64,000 bases of DNA from Deinococcota bacterium (GCA_041695225.1 JBGFRI010000014.1:96001-160000), one strand, 5' to 3'. Shown: positions 28,974-37,906, numbered from the stretch's first letter. Made by a program: numbers and translations. Notes: a model not told the origin generated them from the letters alone.

Positions 28974-29525
28974 TTAGCGGGCCTTTTCCAGCAGAACCCG
29001 GGCGCCCTCGATCAGGGCCTGGCGCTGATCCTGGGTCAGCTTCAGCCCTTCCCACAGCGCAGTAAAGTAGCTCTCCTGCATGAGGGCGATCTCGATGGTG
29101 ATGATTTTTTCAAAGGCGCTAATGGCGGCAAGTATCTCGGCTCCACGCAAAACGTTGCGCAGGTGCTCGAGGGTCAGTTCCTGCACAATTCCAAAAGCGG
29201 GGATCAGGTGACCTGGCCGGACCCCTACCCGCGCGTGTACCAGGCCAATATACATGCGTCTGCTGGCATACTGGGCATCATAGCAGCCAGCAAAAAGCTC
29301 CCGGTACCAGTCTGCAAACGACTGGTATAGCCTCTCGACCCGGCCGGGCACGCTCCACAGGATTTGGTGCATCTCGGGGTCCCGGCCCAGATAGTCGTAA
29401 AAAGCCAGTGCAATCTCCGAGGCCAGCGGGGAAGCAACCGGCTCAAGACTCCGCAGTGTACGCATCTGCTGCTGGGTAAACCCTGTGCGAACGATCAGGG
29501 TTTGCAGCAGCTCTTCGGGGTTCAC
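28974..29525 (-). CDS. Stand-alone protoglobin/sensor-globin domain protein
   Basis: FYDYL (B helix), W..ELF.G.YD and IGLVHARVGV (proximal His) pattern of globin-coupled sensor domains. Confidence 0.8.
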   Translation of the reverse strand: MNPEELLQTLIVRTGFTQQQMRTLRSLEPVASPLASEIALAFYDYLGRDPEMHQILWSVPGRVERLYQSFADWYRELFAGCYDAQYASRRMYIGLVHARVGVRPGHLIPAFGIVQELTLEHLRNVLRGAEILAAISAFEKIITIEIALMQESYFTALWEGLKLTQDQRQALIEGARVLLEKAR

Positions 29526-29853
29526 CCTTAGAATTTTACTGCAAGTTGCGCCTGGCGTGAAAAGCCATCAAGGAATCTGCCATTATCTAAAGCGGTAACC
29601 TGGTTTTGTGTTTGGGGCTGCTTTAAGATTACTCTTACCGGGGACAGCCCCTTAGTGGTCTGGGTCAAAAGTTTGGTGACGTAATTGATGATGGCCTTGA
29701 GCCGTAAAGGCAAAATCTACGCGCTATCGTATTTATAGAATCGACCACTTAGGCATAGCTCTAGAGGCCTCATACACCTTGCAGTCACACTACCCGAATG
29801 TGCGCTTGGAAGGGTCAGCAACAAACACACCACCAAGCACTTATACTTTGCGG

Positions 29854-30729
29854 GTGAGCAATTCTGCGCCCAACGCCCTGGCCCGCTTGGTGGAATCGGC
29901 TCGTTTTAATCACTTTGTGACAGCAATTATCCTGTTCGCGGCGGTGGTGGTGGGGCTCGAGACCTACCCCCCTTTGATGGAGCGGTATGGCCCCACCCTC
30001 CACCTGCTCAACAACCTGGTGCTGGCAATTTTTGCCATCGAGGTAGTGCTACGAATGGCGGCCGAGTGGCCGCGCCCGCTGCGCTATTTCCACAACGGCT
30101 GGAACGTCTTCGACTTCGCCATCGTGGTCGGGAGCTTACTACCGGGGCTAGGGGCCTACGCAGTGGTGGCCCGACTGCTGCGTCTGCTGCGGGTTTTGCG
30201 CTTGCTCCGCACCGTCCCCGAGCTTCAGGTTATCCTGGGCGCGCTATTTCGTAGCCTGCCCTCGGTAGGCTATGTGCTGGTCCTGATGCTACTGCTGCTC
30301 TACGTCTATGCGGTGGCCGGGGTGTTCTTGTTCGGCGCCAACGACCCCTTCCACTTTGCCAACCTGCATACCTCGCTGCTCACCCTTTTTAGCATCCTGA
30401 CCCTGGAGGGCTGGGTGGATGTTTTTCGCATCCAGTATTTCGGCTGCGAACGCTTCGACCTGCCCGATCCCGCCCTGTGTACCCAGCCTATGGCCCAGCC
30501 CCTGCTTGCCGCGGGGTATATGCTCTCGTTTGTGCTACTGGGTACGCTGGTGTTTTTGAACCTGCTGGTGGGCATTGTGGTAAACAGCATGGACGAGATG
30601 CGCAAAAGCCTGCACGAGGCCCGGCTTCCCCCGCCCGGAAGCCTGGAACAGCAGTTGCACGAGGTTCAGGCCAGGCTAAACGAGGCCCAGGAATTACTCA
30701 GGGCTTTGGGGAAAGCGAAGGCGGAGTGA
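29854..30729 (+). CDS. Bacterial 6-TM voltage-gated cation channel with the CavMr-type filter TLEGWVD
   Basis: WNVFDF (S3), S4 ARLLRLLRVLRLLR, filter TLEGWVD, S6 NLLVGIVVNSM and a C-terminal coiled coil. GTG 29854 chosen because TATACT lies 6 nt upstream. Confidence 0.9.
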   Translation: MSNSAPNALARLVESARFNHFVTAIILFAAVVVGLETYPPLMERYGPTLHLLNNLVLAIFAIEVVLRMAAEWPRPLRYFHNGWNVFDFAIVVGSLLPGLGAYAVVARLLRLLRVLRLLRTVPELQVILGALFRSLPSVGYVLVLMLLLLYVYAVAGVFLFGANDPFHFANLHTSLLTLFSILTLEGWVDVFRIQYFGCERFDLPDPALCTQPMAQPLLAAGYMLSFVLLGTLVFLNLLVGIVVNSMDEMRKSLHEARLPPPGSLEQQLHEVQARLNEAQELLRALGKAKAE

Positions 30730-30748
30730 GTTTTCCATCTTAAAATAG

Positions 30749-30899
30749 TGTCACAAGTCTCGAGTCTCGGGTCAAAAGCTTCGACCCTCGACTTTCGACC
30801 TTCCATTAGCCGATAGCCCATAGCTGATAGCTTTTGACCTTCGACCTGCGACCTGAGACCCTCGACCTTCGACCTTCGACATTTTTTGACCTGCGACCT
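30749..30899. repeat. Composite heptamer repeat cluster (GTCNCRA / TCGACCT / ATAGCYN units)
   Basis: gtcacaa gtctcga gtctcgg ... tcgaccc tcgactt tcgacct ... atagccc atagctg atagctt ... tcgacct gcgacct gagaccc tcgacct. Confidence 0.85.
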
Positions 30900-30987
30900 A
30901 AAGGTGGTGGGAACGCTGGCTGCGTCTGGCAAGCTTGCCAGATGTGCTTATCGTAGGAGGCAATTTCCCGCTAATATATTCTGCGTT

Positions 30988-31881
30988 ATGCGCGTCATTG
31001 TGATCGGGGCCAGGGCAAGCCTTCTGGCCCAAGCCCAGACCCGCTGGGTAATGGACCGGCTGAAAGAAAACTGGCCCGAGGCCGAGTTCAAAATTCGCAC
31101 CTTACAGTCCAAAAACCCTTCCGAGCCTGGAGCGGCAGAAGTACTGCGGCAGGCCCTGGGCAGGCTCGAGGTGGACATTGCGGTGTACTCACTCAAGCAC
31201 ATGCCCACCCAGGAGGCACCCGGAGTTCACCTGATTGCTGTGCCCAAGAGAATAGATCCCCGCGAGGCATTGGTGGGGCGCAACGCCAAGCGCTTGGAAG
31301 ACCTGCCCAGGAGGGCCGTGGTCGGGGTAAACAGCCTGGCCCGCAAAGCACAGTTGCTAGCCTACCGCCCCGACCTTAGCCTGCGTGACCTGGGTGGCAA
31401 CCTGGACCACCGCCTGGGGGCACTGGGAGCAGGGGAGTGTGACGCAACCATTATCGGGGCGGCCAGTCTACTCCGGCTAGAACTGCATAACCGCATTGAC
31501 CAGCTCATAGACCCCCAGACCATGCTTCCGGCTCCGGGCCAGGGCGCCCTGGGACTGGAGGTGCGCCGGGGCGACGACTGGGCCGAGGAGCTGGCCTACA
31601 GCCTTAATCACCGCGCTTCTTTTGCGCGGGTGGCTGCCGAGCGAGCATTTCTGCGCGGCCTAAACGCTGGCGATGGCTCTGCTGCGGCAGCGCTGGCGAC
31701 TGTGGAGCACGACGATACCCTGATCCTGCAGGGCATGGTCAGCTCTCCCGATGGCCTCGAGCTGATCCGCGCCGAAATCGAGGGTGATATCGAGGAAGCG
31801 GTGGAGCTTGGCAACGAACTGGCCCACGACCTGCTGGCCGAGGGTGGGCGGGAGCTGCTGGCTTTAGGCCAGATCCGATAG
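30988..31881 (+). CDS. Porphobilinogen deaminase (HemC)-like protein lacking catalytic residues
   Basis: HemC scaffold is present (DIAV.SLK, DPREAL, LPAPGQGALGLE, AERAFL), but KD is KH and GC is GD; start at ATG 30988. Confidence 0.85.
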   Translation: MRVIVIGARASLLAQAQTRWVMDRLKENWPEAEFKIRTLQSKNPSEPGAAEVLRQALGRLEVDIAVYSLKHMPTQEAPGVHLIAVPKRIDPREALVGRNAKRLEDLPRRAVVGVNSLARKAQLLAYRPDLSLRDLGGNLDHRLGALGAGECDATIIGAASLLRLELHNRIDQLIDPQTMLPAPGQGALGLEVRRGDDWAEELAYSLNHRASFARVAAERAFLRGLNAGDGSAAAALATVEHDDTLILQGMVSSPDGLELIRAEIEGDIEEAVELGNELAHDLLAEGGRELLALGQIR

Positions 31882-31922
31882 GGTGAGTGCTGCAATTACT
31901 CGTGTATACCCCTAAAACAGCG

Positions 31923-32013
31923 CCCTGGTGCACGGAGTTAGCTCCGTCCCGAAGGAGATCGTCCCCATGGTGTACGGTGCTTGCTCCGTCCCGAAGGGGA
32001 TCGTCCCCATGGT
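31923..32013 (+). repeat. 42-bp palindromic dispersed repeat, about 2 divergent intergenic copies
   Basis: ccctggtgcacggagttagctccgtcccgaaggagatcgtccccatggtgtacggtgcttgctccgtcccgaaggggatcgtccccatggt. Confidence 0.9.
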
Positions 32014-32087
32014 CCGATTCCACACCACCCCACTATTAAACCGCCCATCCGCGCTAGACTTAAGCTTGGTACAAGCGTCTGGATTGG

Positions 32088-32115
32088 TTGACCCGGCCTA
32101 CTTGTGGGTTATACT
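32088..32115 (+). promoter_or_regulatory. Sigma70-type promoter of the fur/perR gene
   Basis: TTGACC-16 nt-TATACT, ending 11 nt upstream of ATG 32127. Confidence 0.65.
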
Positions 32116-32126
32116 GGGAGAAGAAA

Positions 32127-32519
32127 ATGGGCATGAAACGCTTGACCAAGCAGCGCAAGGCGGTGCTCGAGGTGGTCCGGCTCGCTAAGGGCCACCACCC
32201 CGATGCGGCCTGGGTATATTCTGAGGTGCGCAAGGCCGTACCCAGCATTAGCCTGGGAACCGTTTACCGTACCCTGGATGCTCTTACCCAGGAGGGCTAT
32301 CTGCTCCCCCTCACCCGCCCCGGTGAGGCCCTGCGCTACGAGGCCAATCTGGACGGGCATCTGCATATGGTCTGCCGCAGGTGCAACGAGTTTTTTGACA
32401 TCGTGCATCCGCTGCCCGACCTATTGAGCGGGGTCAAGGCCAGATATCCCGATTTTGACATTGAAAATGTCCAGGTAGAGTATCAGGGCGTTTGCCCAAA
32501 GTGCAAAGACCAACACTAG
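32127..32519 (+). CDS. Fur-family regulator (PerR-like)
   Basis: RLTKQRKAVL, HPDA, ISLGTVYRTL, HLHMVCRRC and GVCPKC motifs. Confidence 0.9.
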   Translation: MGMKRLTKQRKAVLEVVRLAKGHHPDAAWVYSEVRKAVPSISLGTVYRTLDALTQEGYLLPLTRPGEALRYEANLDGHLHMVCRRCNEFFDIVHPLPDLLSGVKARYPDFDIENVQVEYQGVCPKCKDQH

Positions 32520-32547
32520 AGCGGTTCCACCAGTCCACCTTCTACGC

Positions 32548-33198
32548 TCAAATCGCCTCCGCCAATCGCCTGAAGACATCGGGCATCGGCGGCCTGGCTC
32601 CGCCGTTGGCCCAGCTATAGCGCAGATCTGTCAGGTTGCCTGCCCCCACGCCCATGCCGTCGGGGAAAAGTGGGGTGTAATCCAGTAGACCTGCGACCTC
32701 CTCTCCGCCAAGGCTCTCGCGAAACCGCCTTAGCTCCAGGGGGTGTCCAAAATGGAAGGCATAGGTATCTGCCTGGTGTTGCCACAAAAAGCGCGGCATG
32801 AGCTGCGGCTGGGCCAGATTACCTTTTCGGCGAAGGCAGACCGAGGCCCGGCCGGGGCGCAGCCGCAGGGTGGCCTCGAGGACATCTCCCATGGCCCCAA
32901 AACTGCCCACAAAAGGCCGCACCAGATCGTAACCTTGTACGTTTTTTACCGTGAGACCCCCGGCCTGGATGGTACGGCCTTTGGGTGATTTGAACTTGAG
33001 CCCCAGCACCTCGCTTCCCACAAAAAAAGTCTGGCCGAAGCCGCCCCGCTTGAGCCAGCCGTCCAGGCCAGCAGGTAGCTCCACCGGCGGGAATGGGGGG
33101 AAGAGGCCATGGGGTAGGGCCTCCCAGACCTCGGCCAGACGGGTATCGCCAGTGGCAGTCAGGTACTGATCGGCAGTGGAGACCTGTAATACCGGCAC
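32548..33198 (-). CDS. Short FAD-binding oxidoreductase subunit (GlcE-like)
   Basis: [25 protein letters not shown] motif of FAD-linked oxidases. Confidence 0.75.
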   Translation of the reverse strand: MPVLQVSTADQYLTATGDTRLAEVWEALPHGLFPPFPPVELPAGLDGWLKRGGFGQTFFVGSEVLGLKFKSPKGRTIQAGGLTVKNVQGYDLVRPFVGSFGAMGDVLEATLRLRPGRASVCLRRKGNLAQPQLMPRFLWQHQADTYAFHFGHPLELRRFRESLGGEEVAGLLDYTPLFPDGMGVGAGNLTDLRYSWANGGARPPMPDVFRRLAEAI

Positions 33199-33221
33199 CT
33201 CTCTATGCTATAAGCTCGGTC

Positions 33222-34748
33222 TTAGCGAAACAAGGCACAGCGCTCCTCAAAGGGGTCGGGAATCAGGCCGGACTGGGTATCGAATCCCATCGCATAGCCG
33301 CTTTTTATCTCCGGCCAGCCCAGCAAAATGGGCTGACCGGTGGTGGCAAAGTTGATCCACTGAGACTGTAGTTGATGGGCCAGAGGCCTCGAGGTGTCCA
33401 TGGCCTCTGCGGTCAGAAACAAGACCAGCGACGGCCAGCGGGTCTCGGTTCCAAACACCAGGGGCAGCTCGATACCGTGAAAACTGCCCAAAAACCCCAG
33501 CACCGGCGAGACCCAGCGCACCAGATAGGCGTAGGTGGGGGCGTGGTCGGACTGGGCTTTCCCAGCCGCCAGCGTAGGGCAGAGCAGGATACGGTCGGTC
33601 TGGAAATAAGCCCAGGCTTCGCTAGGGTCTGGGTGCCGGGCCTGGTAGAGCCTGGCGGCCCGCGAGCCCGTACCCGGCAGCCTCTCCTCAACCCGTCGGG
33701 CAAAATCGTCCCATGTGGACGGCCCAGCAAAACGCTCTCCCCAGGTCTCCTGGGCGGTTGCACCCACAATCAGCGAAATCCCGGCCGCATCGCCATCATG
33801 CAGAGCCCGGAGGGGTATCTTGTTTAACCATACTCCATCCAGATGGGGCTTCCAGGGTACCTCGGAGAACTCCCCCGCCTCGACCCGGCGCAGCAATGCC
33901 CCGATGCTGCGGTCTTCGGGGGGGAATAGCCGTTCCAGGGGTATCTGACGCAGACAGGCCAGGTCATCGGCGTTGCAGCCTAGTTGCTCTGCCCACTGCC
34001 GACCGGCCTGGAAGCCCTGCTCGAGGGTTCGAACGTACTCGCACCCACCAGACTGGATGATGGCTTTGTGGAACAGCCCTCTGGCAGCCTGGGTAGCCAG
34101 CAGTGTACAGACCGCCATCCCACCCGCCGACTGCCCAAAGAGGGTCACGTTATCTGGATTGCCGCCAAACGCTGCGATGTTTCGCTGTACCCAGCGCAGG
34201 GCTTCCAGCATATCCAGCAGCCCATAGTTGCCCGTCGAGCCATCGGGCGATTCTGCTCGTAGCGCGGGCAGGGCCAGCCAGCCCAGCGAACCCAGGCGGT
34301 AGTTGAAGCCCACCACCACTACTCCCTGAGCGGCCAGGGAAGTACCATCGTAGACTGGCTCGGCCCAGCTTCCCCCGGTAAAGCTGCCCCCGTGGATCCA
34401 GACCATCACCGGATAGCCCTCGGCAGGCGGTGCGGCCATCGGCGTCCAGACCCCCAGGTTCAGGCAGTCTTCGCTCTGCGGTGGGATGTAGCCCCCCAGC
34501 CGGGTGGTAAAGACTCCGCGCTGAGGGCAGGCGTGGCCCGGCTGGGTCGCCCCAAAGACGCCCTCCAGGCGCATGACCGGCTGCGGGGCCTTCCAGCGCT
34601 CGGCTCTGGCATAGGGGATGCCCAGAAAGTAGGCTACCTGGGCTTTTTCGTTGATGCCACCCAGAAAACGCCCCTGCGGGGTAAGTACAAGAGCCGACTG
34701 GCCAAGCGCAGCCCCTAGCAAAACCGCCAGAACAACCACCAGGCGCAT
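33222..34748 (-). CDS. Secreted type-B carboxylesterase
   Basis: Signal peptide; FLGIPYA, SEDCLNL, WIHGGSF, NYRLG, FGQSAG (catalytic Ser), FHGIEL. Confidence 0.93.
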   Translation of the reverse strand: MRLVVVLAVLLGAALGQSALVLTPQGRFLGGINEKAQVAYFLGIPYARAERWKAPQPVMRLEGVFGATQPGHACPQRGVFTTRLGGYIPPQSEDCLNLGVWTPMAAPPAEGYPVMVWIHGGSFTGGSWAEPVYDGTSLAAQGVVVVGFNYRLGSLGWLALPALRAESPDGSTGNYGLLDMLEALRWVQRNIAAFGGNPDNVTLFGQSAGGMAVCTLLATQAARGLFHKAIIQSGGCEYVRTLEQGFQAGRQWAEQLGCNADDLACLRQIPLERLFPPEDRSIGALLRRVEAGEFSEVPWKPHLDGVWLNKIPLRALHDGDAAGISLIVGATAQETWGERFAGPSTWDDFARRVEERLPGTGSRAARLYQARHPDPSEAWAYFQTDRILLCPTLAAGKAQSDHAPTYAYLVRWVSPVLGFLGSFHGIELPLVFGTETRWPSLVLFLTAEAMDTSRPLAHQLQSQWINFATTGQPILLGWPEIKSGYAMGFDTQSGLIPDPFEERCALFR

Positions 34749-34951
34749 ATCTTTTATTGTGCTATGAAACCGAGGTCTTGGCTGTGTGTAGAGCCTATCT
34801 GGGATAGCCAGGCTCAGCTACTACCGGAGCAAACCGGTGGGGCGAAAGCCCAAGCTATCCAGTGTCAGCTTAGTACCGTTCAAGATGATGTGTACTCTTA
34901 CCATTGTCACGCGACTAGCATTTACTGCCATGCAACGGACTTGTGACCGTA

Positions 34952-34993
34952 CCTGCCCCTGTGGAAGGAGCCTGCCCTGAGCCCGTCGAAGGG
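34952..34993 (-). repeat. 24-bp dispersed repeat family, one full and one partial copy in the opposite orientation
   Basis: cctgcccctgtggaagga gcctgccctgagcccgtcgaaggg. Confidence 0.75.
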
Positions 34994-35049
34994 GAGTTCG
35001 AAGGAAAAGCAATAACCGGTAAGGATGATTGTCTGGGAGGTATCCCGCG

Positions 35050-35538
35050 TTACTCGCTCACTCGAAGCGCAAAGGGCCTGTTCGGCCCACTCGACTCCCA
35101 GTGCAACAACCACTCCTTTAGCCCCTCGAGCCCGGCAAACCCTCCCAGGCGCCCATCGGCGTGAATTACCCGCTGCGCGGGAACCACCAGAAAGAAGCGG
35201 CAGGCCCGCATTGCTGCCCCCGTGGCCCTGGGGCTCAGGCCGCAGAGCCGTCCCATCTGGGCATAGCTGCGGGTTTTTCCGATGGGAATGCGCCGCACTG
35301 CTTCATACAGGGCTACCCGGCGCGCATCAGTATCGGCGTAGTCCAAGGGTAGGTGCAAAAAAGTTTCGCCCTGGCCTGCAAAATAGCCATCCACCCGCCT
35401 GGCCAGGCTGTTCAGGAGCCCGTTGGGGCGCTCGGGGAAGCCCTCACCCAGGACCAGTAGCTCCACCGATAGCAGGGCCTGGCTGCTGGCTCTGGCAAAA
35501 AGCGGGCCAATGGGGGTGGGGATCAGCAGGCTGTACAT
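35050..35538 (-). CDS. Alkyltransferase-like (ATL) protein: Ogt/MGMT fold without the acceptor Cys
   Basis: IPIGKTRSY, PRATGAAM, GGFAG..LKEWLL.WE; the PCHRV active site reads PAQRV. Confidence 0.85.
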   Translation of the reverse strand: MYSLLIPTPIGPLFARASSQALLSVELLVLGEGFPERPNGLLNSLARRVDGYFAGQGETFLHLPLDYADTDARRVALYEAVRRIPIGKTRSYAQMGRLCGLSPRATGAAMRACRFFLVVPAQRVIHADGRLGGFAGLEGLKEWLLHWESSGPNRPFALRVSE

Positions 35539-35701
35539 CTGTGAGATCCATGGTCAAGTCGCCTACACAAAAGAAGCCCAAAAACCTTGGACCCAGTCCC
35601 GAGTGGACCTCGAGGGTTGATGGCAGTAGATATGAGTGGCGGTAAGTCTTGGATTTGAGCCATCCGCTAATCCCGGTAAAGATATCAATACCACACCGTG
35701 C

Positions 35702-36331
35702 TCAGGTTTTAGCTGCTTTTTCACGCTTGCTGGTCTCTCTGGCTACGGCGCCCTCGAGCATCAGGTCCAGGAACTTGGTCATCTCTTCCTTAAGTAGCCG
35801 CCCCGGAGTGTAGGCAGCCCAGCGCAGGGCCGAGAGCAGATACACATCGGCAATGGAGTGGGCGATGCGCTCGAGCGAGATGTCGGCGCGCAGCTTGCCG
35901 CGAAGCTTAAGGGGCCGCAGCACATCGGCAATCAGATCGCCCAGGGGTAAGGCTTCGAAGGCTACCTTGGCCCGCTGGGGGTCGGGGTTGAGCAATTCGT
36001 AGGCCAGGGGCGAGAGCAGTACCCGCTCACGTTCGCTTACCTCGGCCAACCGCCCCCACAGACGACGCAAGACCTCGAGGGGAGGCTCCCCCTGGCCTAG
36101 CTCGGCCAGGGCCTGTTCGCGCAGCTCGTTCAGCAGTTGGGCTCCAAAATCGAGCAGTACCGCCTCTTTATAAGCGTAGTAGTTGAAAAAAGTGCCGCGT
36201 GAGACATGCGAGGCTTTGGCAATGTCGGTAGCGGTGGTCTGGTGAAACCCCCTTTCACGGAAAAGGTTGATAGCAGTACGAAAGATGCGATCACGGCGAC
36301 GCTGCTTTTGCCTTTCCCGCAGAGTGAGCAT
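35702..36331 (-). CDS. fadR: TetR-family regulator resembling Thermus FadR
   Basis: HTH TTATDIAKASHVSRGTFFNYY.YKEAVLL; C-terminal YELLNPDP..A..AFEALPLGDLIA and LSALRWAAYTPGR, as recalled for T. thermophilus FadR. Confidence 0.75.
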   Translation of the reverse strand: MLTLRERQKQRRRDRIFRTAINLFRERGFHQTTATDIAKASHVSRGTFFNYYAYKEAVLLDFGAQLLNELREQALAELGQGEPPLEVLRRLWGRLAEVSERERVLLSPLAYELLNPDPQRAKVAFEALPLGDLIADVLRPLKLRGKLRADISLERIAHSIADVYLLSALRWAAYTPGRLLKEEMTKFLDLMLEGAVARETSKREKAAKT

Positions 36332-36337
36332 GACGAG

Positions 36338-36354
36338 ATTGTACCCAAGTCCAA
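36338..36354. promoter_or_regulatory. -10 box (TACAAT, minus strand) overlapped by an imperfect inverted repeat; candidate TetR autoregulatory operator
   Basis: TTGTAC-CCAA-GTCCAA (TTGnAC-N4-GTnCAA) immediately upstream of the ATG. Confidence 0.5.
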
Positions 36355-36492
36355 TAAATTGCGCTAGTCACCTTTTTGGGGTGGCATGCGTAATAATTGA
36401 CGAAGTGCTCTACCAGGGTCGAAGGCCAAAAACTTGCTGCCAGCAACGAACATACAATTGCCAGACTTTAGGTTTTAGACTAAACACCGGTC

Positions 36493-37836
36493 ATGCCTCG
36501 CCGTTCGATTTTCAGCCTGATCTCAGATATCCGGCACTGGCTACGCCCCGAAGGGGATCGTCCCGCTGGTGCACGGGCTACGGCCCGTCCCGAAGGGGAT
36601 CGTCCCGCTGGTGCACGGGCTACGGCCCGTCCCGAAGGGGATCGTCCCGCTGGTGCACGGGCTACGGCCCGTCCCGAAGGGGATCGTCCCGCTGGTGCAC
36701 GGGCTGCGGCCCGTCCCGAAGGGGATCGTCCCCCTGGTGCACGGGCTGCGGCCCGTCCCGAAGGGGATCGTCCCCAAGCCCGCCGCCCGACCACTAACCG
36801 GGTCTGGCTTTTCCTGCTGTTGGTAGGGGTGGCGGGGTATCTGGTATGGGATACCTACTCCCGCCCCGGTACGCAGGTATACAAAACCGCAGCGGGACTC
36901 GAGCTCTACTTTGCTCCCCAGCATGGCCGCGAAGCCAGAGAGCGTCTGATTGGGCTGATGGACGAAGCCCAGAGCCGCATCGAGGTGGCGGTGATGGAAC
37001 TCGAAGACCGCGAGATTGGCCAGGCCCTAACCAGGGCCGCCGCCCGAGGGGTGCAGGTGCGGCTGTTTACCGACTCCGATTATCGCCGCGAAACCCGCGA
37101 AAGCCTGGGGACTCTTAGCAACAGTCGGGCCCGCTGCGAGACCCTGCAACAAGTACAGGTCTGCTACGATAGCCGCAACGATGCCCTGATGCACCACAAG
37201 TTTGTGTTAATAGACCAGAAGGGGGTCTGGACCGGCAGCACCAACCTGACCTGGGGTGCTTTTGAGCGCAACAACGAGAATAGTCTGTGGCTTGCGGACG
37301 TGGGCCTGGTACAGGCCTACCGGGCCGAGTTCGATGCCATCTTTGCGGGCCAGGAAAGTGGTCTGGGCCGCTCCCAGGGCTTCTGGCTGGGCGCTACCGA
37401 GGGTAGGGTGTACTTTAGCCCGGCCGGAGGCCTAAAGGCCCGCCAAGCCATTCTGGATTTAGTCCAGCGCAGTAGCCGCGAAATCTGGGTCGCAGCATTT
37501 GTGCTGACCGATGGTCGCATATTGCAGGCGCTGACCAGCGCCCACCAGCGTGGGGTGCAGGTGCGGGTAGTGATAGATGGGCGGAACCTGGAAAACTCTC
37601 GCGAGGAGCGGCTCGCCCTGGCCGGCATTGAAGTGCGCCAGGATGGCAACCCCTACGCCATGCACCACAAAGTAATGGTTTTGGACCGCGAGTGGGTGGT
37701 CACGGGCAGCTCTAACTTCACCAACTCGGGTTTTGGGCGCAACAACGAAAACCTGCTAATTTTGCGCGACGGCGCCCTGGCGCAACGCTACCGGCGTGAA
37801 GTGGAGGCCATCTGGCGGGCGGGGCGACCGCCTTAG
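36493..37836 (+). CDS. Phospholipase D/nuclease-family protein with two HKD motifs and an N-terminal repeat insertion
   Basis: MHHKFVLID..WTGSTN and MHHKVMVLD..TGSSN; a TM helix follows the 14-aa repeats. Confidence 0.88.
   Translation: MPRRSIFSLISDIRHWLRPEGDRPAGARATARPEGDRPAGARATARPEGDRPAGARATARPEGDRPAGARAAARPEGDRPPGARAAARPEGDRPQARRPTTNRVWLFLLLVGVAGYLVWDTYSRPGTQVYKTAAGLELYFAPQHGREARERLIGLMDEAQSRIEVAVMELEDREIGQALTRAAARGVQVRLFTDSDYRRETRESLGTLSNSRARCETLQQVQVCYDSRNDALMHHKFVLIDQKGVWTGSTNLTWGAFERNNENSLWLADVGLVQAYRAEFDAIFAGQESGLGRSQGFWLGATEGRVYFSPAGGLKARQAILDLVQRSSREIWVAAFVLTDGRILQALTSAHQRGVQVRVVIDGRNLENSREERLALAGIEVRQDGNPYAMHHKVMVLDREWVVTGSSNFTNSGFGRNNENLLILRDGALAQRYRREVEAIWRAGRPP
36547..36775 (+). 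repeat. Tandem array of the 42-bp palindromic repeat (5 full units plus 19 bp) inside the PLD ORF
   Basis: Unit cccgaaggggatcgtcccgctggtgcacgggctacggcccgt starts at 36547, 36589, 36631, 36673 and 36715, with a partial unit at 36757. Confidence 0.97.
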
Positions 37837-37906
37837 GGACACCGGGCTTCAGAGATGGTATGCCTGACCCTCGAGCACCAGCTAAACCCGCACTCCCCCT
37901 CCTGCC

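Noticed and set aside
30886..30987. N-terminal extensions given by the ORF track (also at 2677, 10288, 20923, 26305, 42750, 44099, 54743)
   Set aside because: Downstream starts have an RBS or -10 box, or overlap upstream stops, and coincide with where family homology begins.
36547..36775. CRISPR array
   Set aside because: The units are head-to-tail with no unique spacers, and no cas genes are present; it is a tandem repeat.
36267..36924. Several repeat-containing ORFs in other frames (36267, 36480, 36541, 36569)
   Set aside because: They are open only because the 42-bp unit lacks stop codons; only the PLD frame leads into a real domain.
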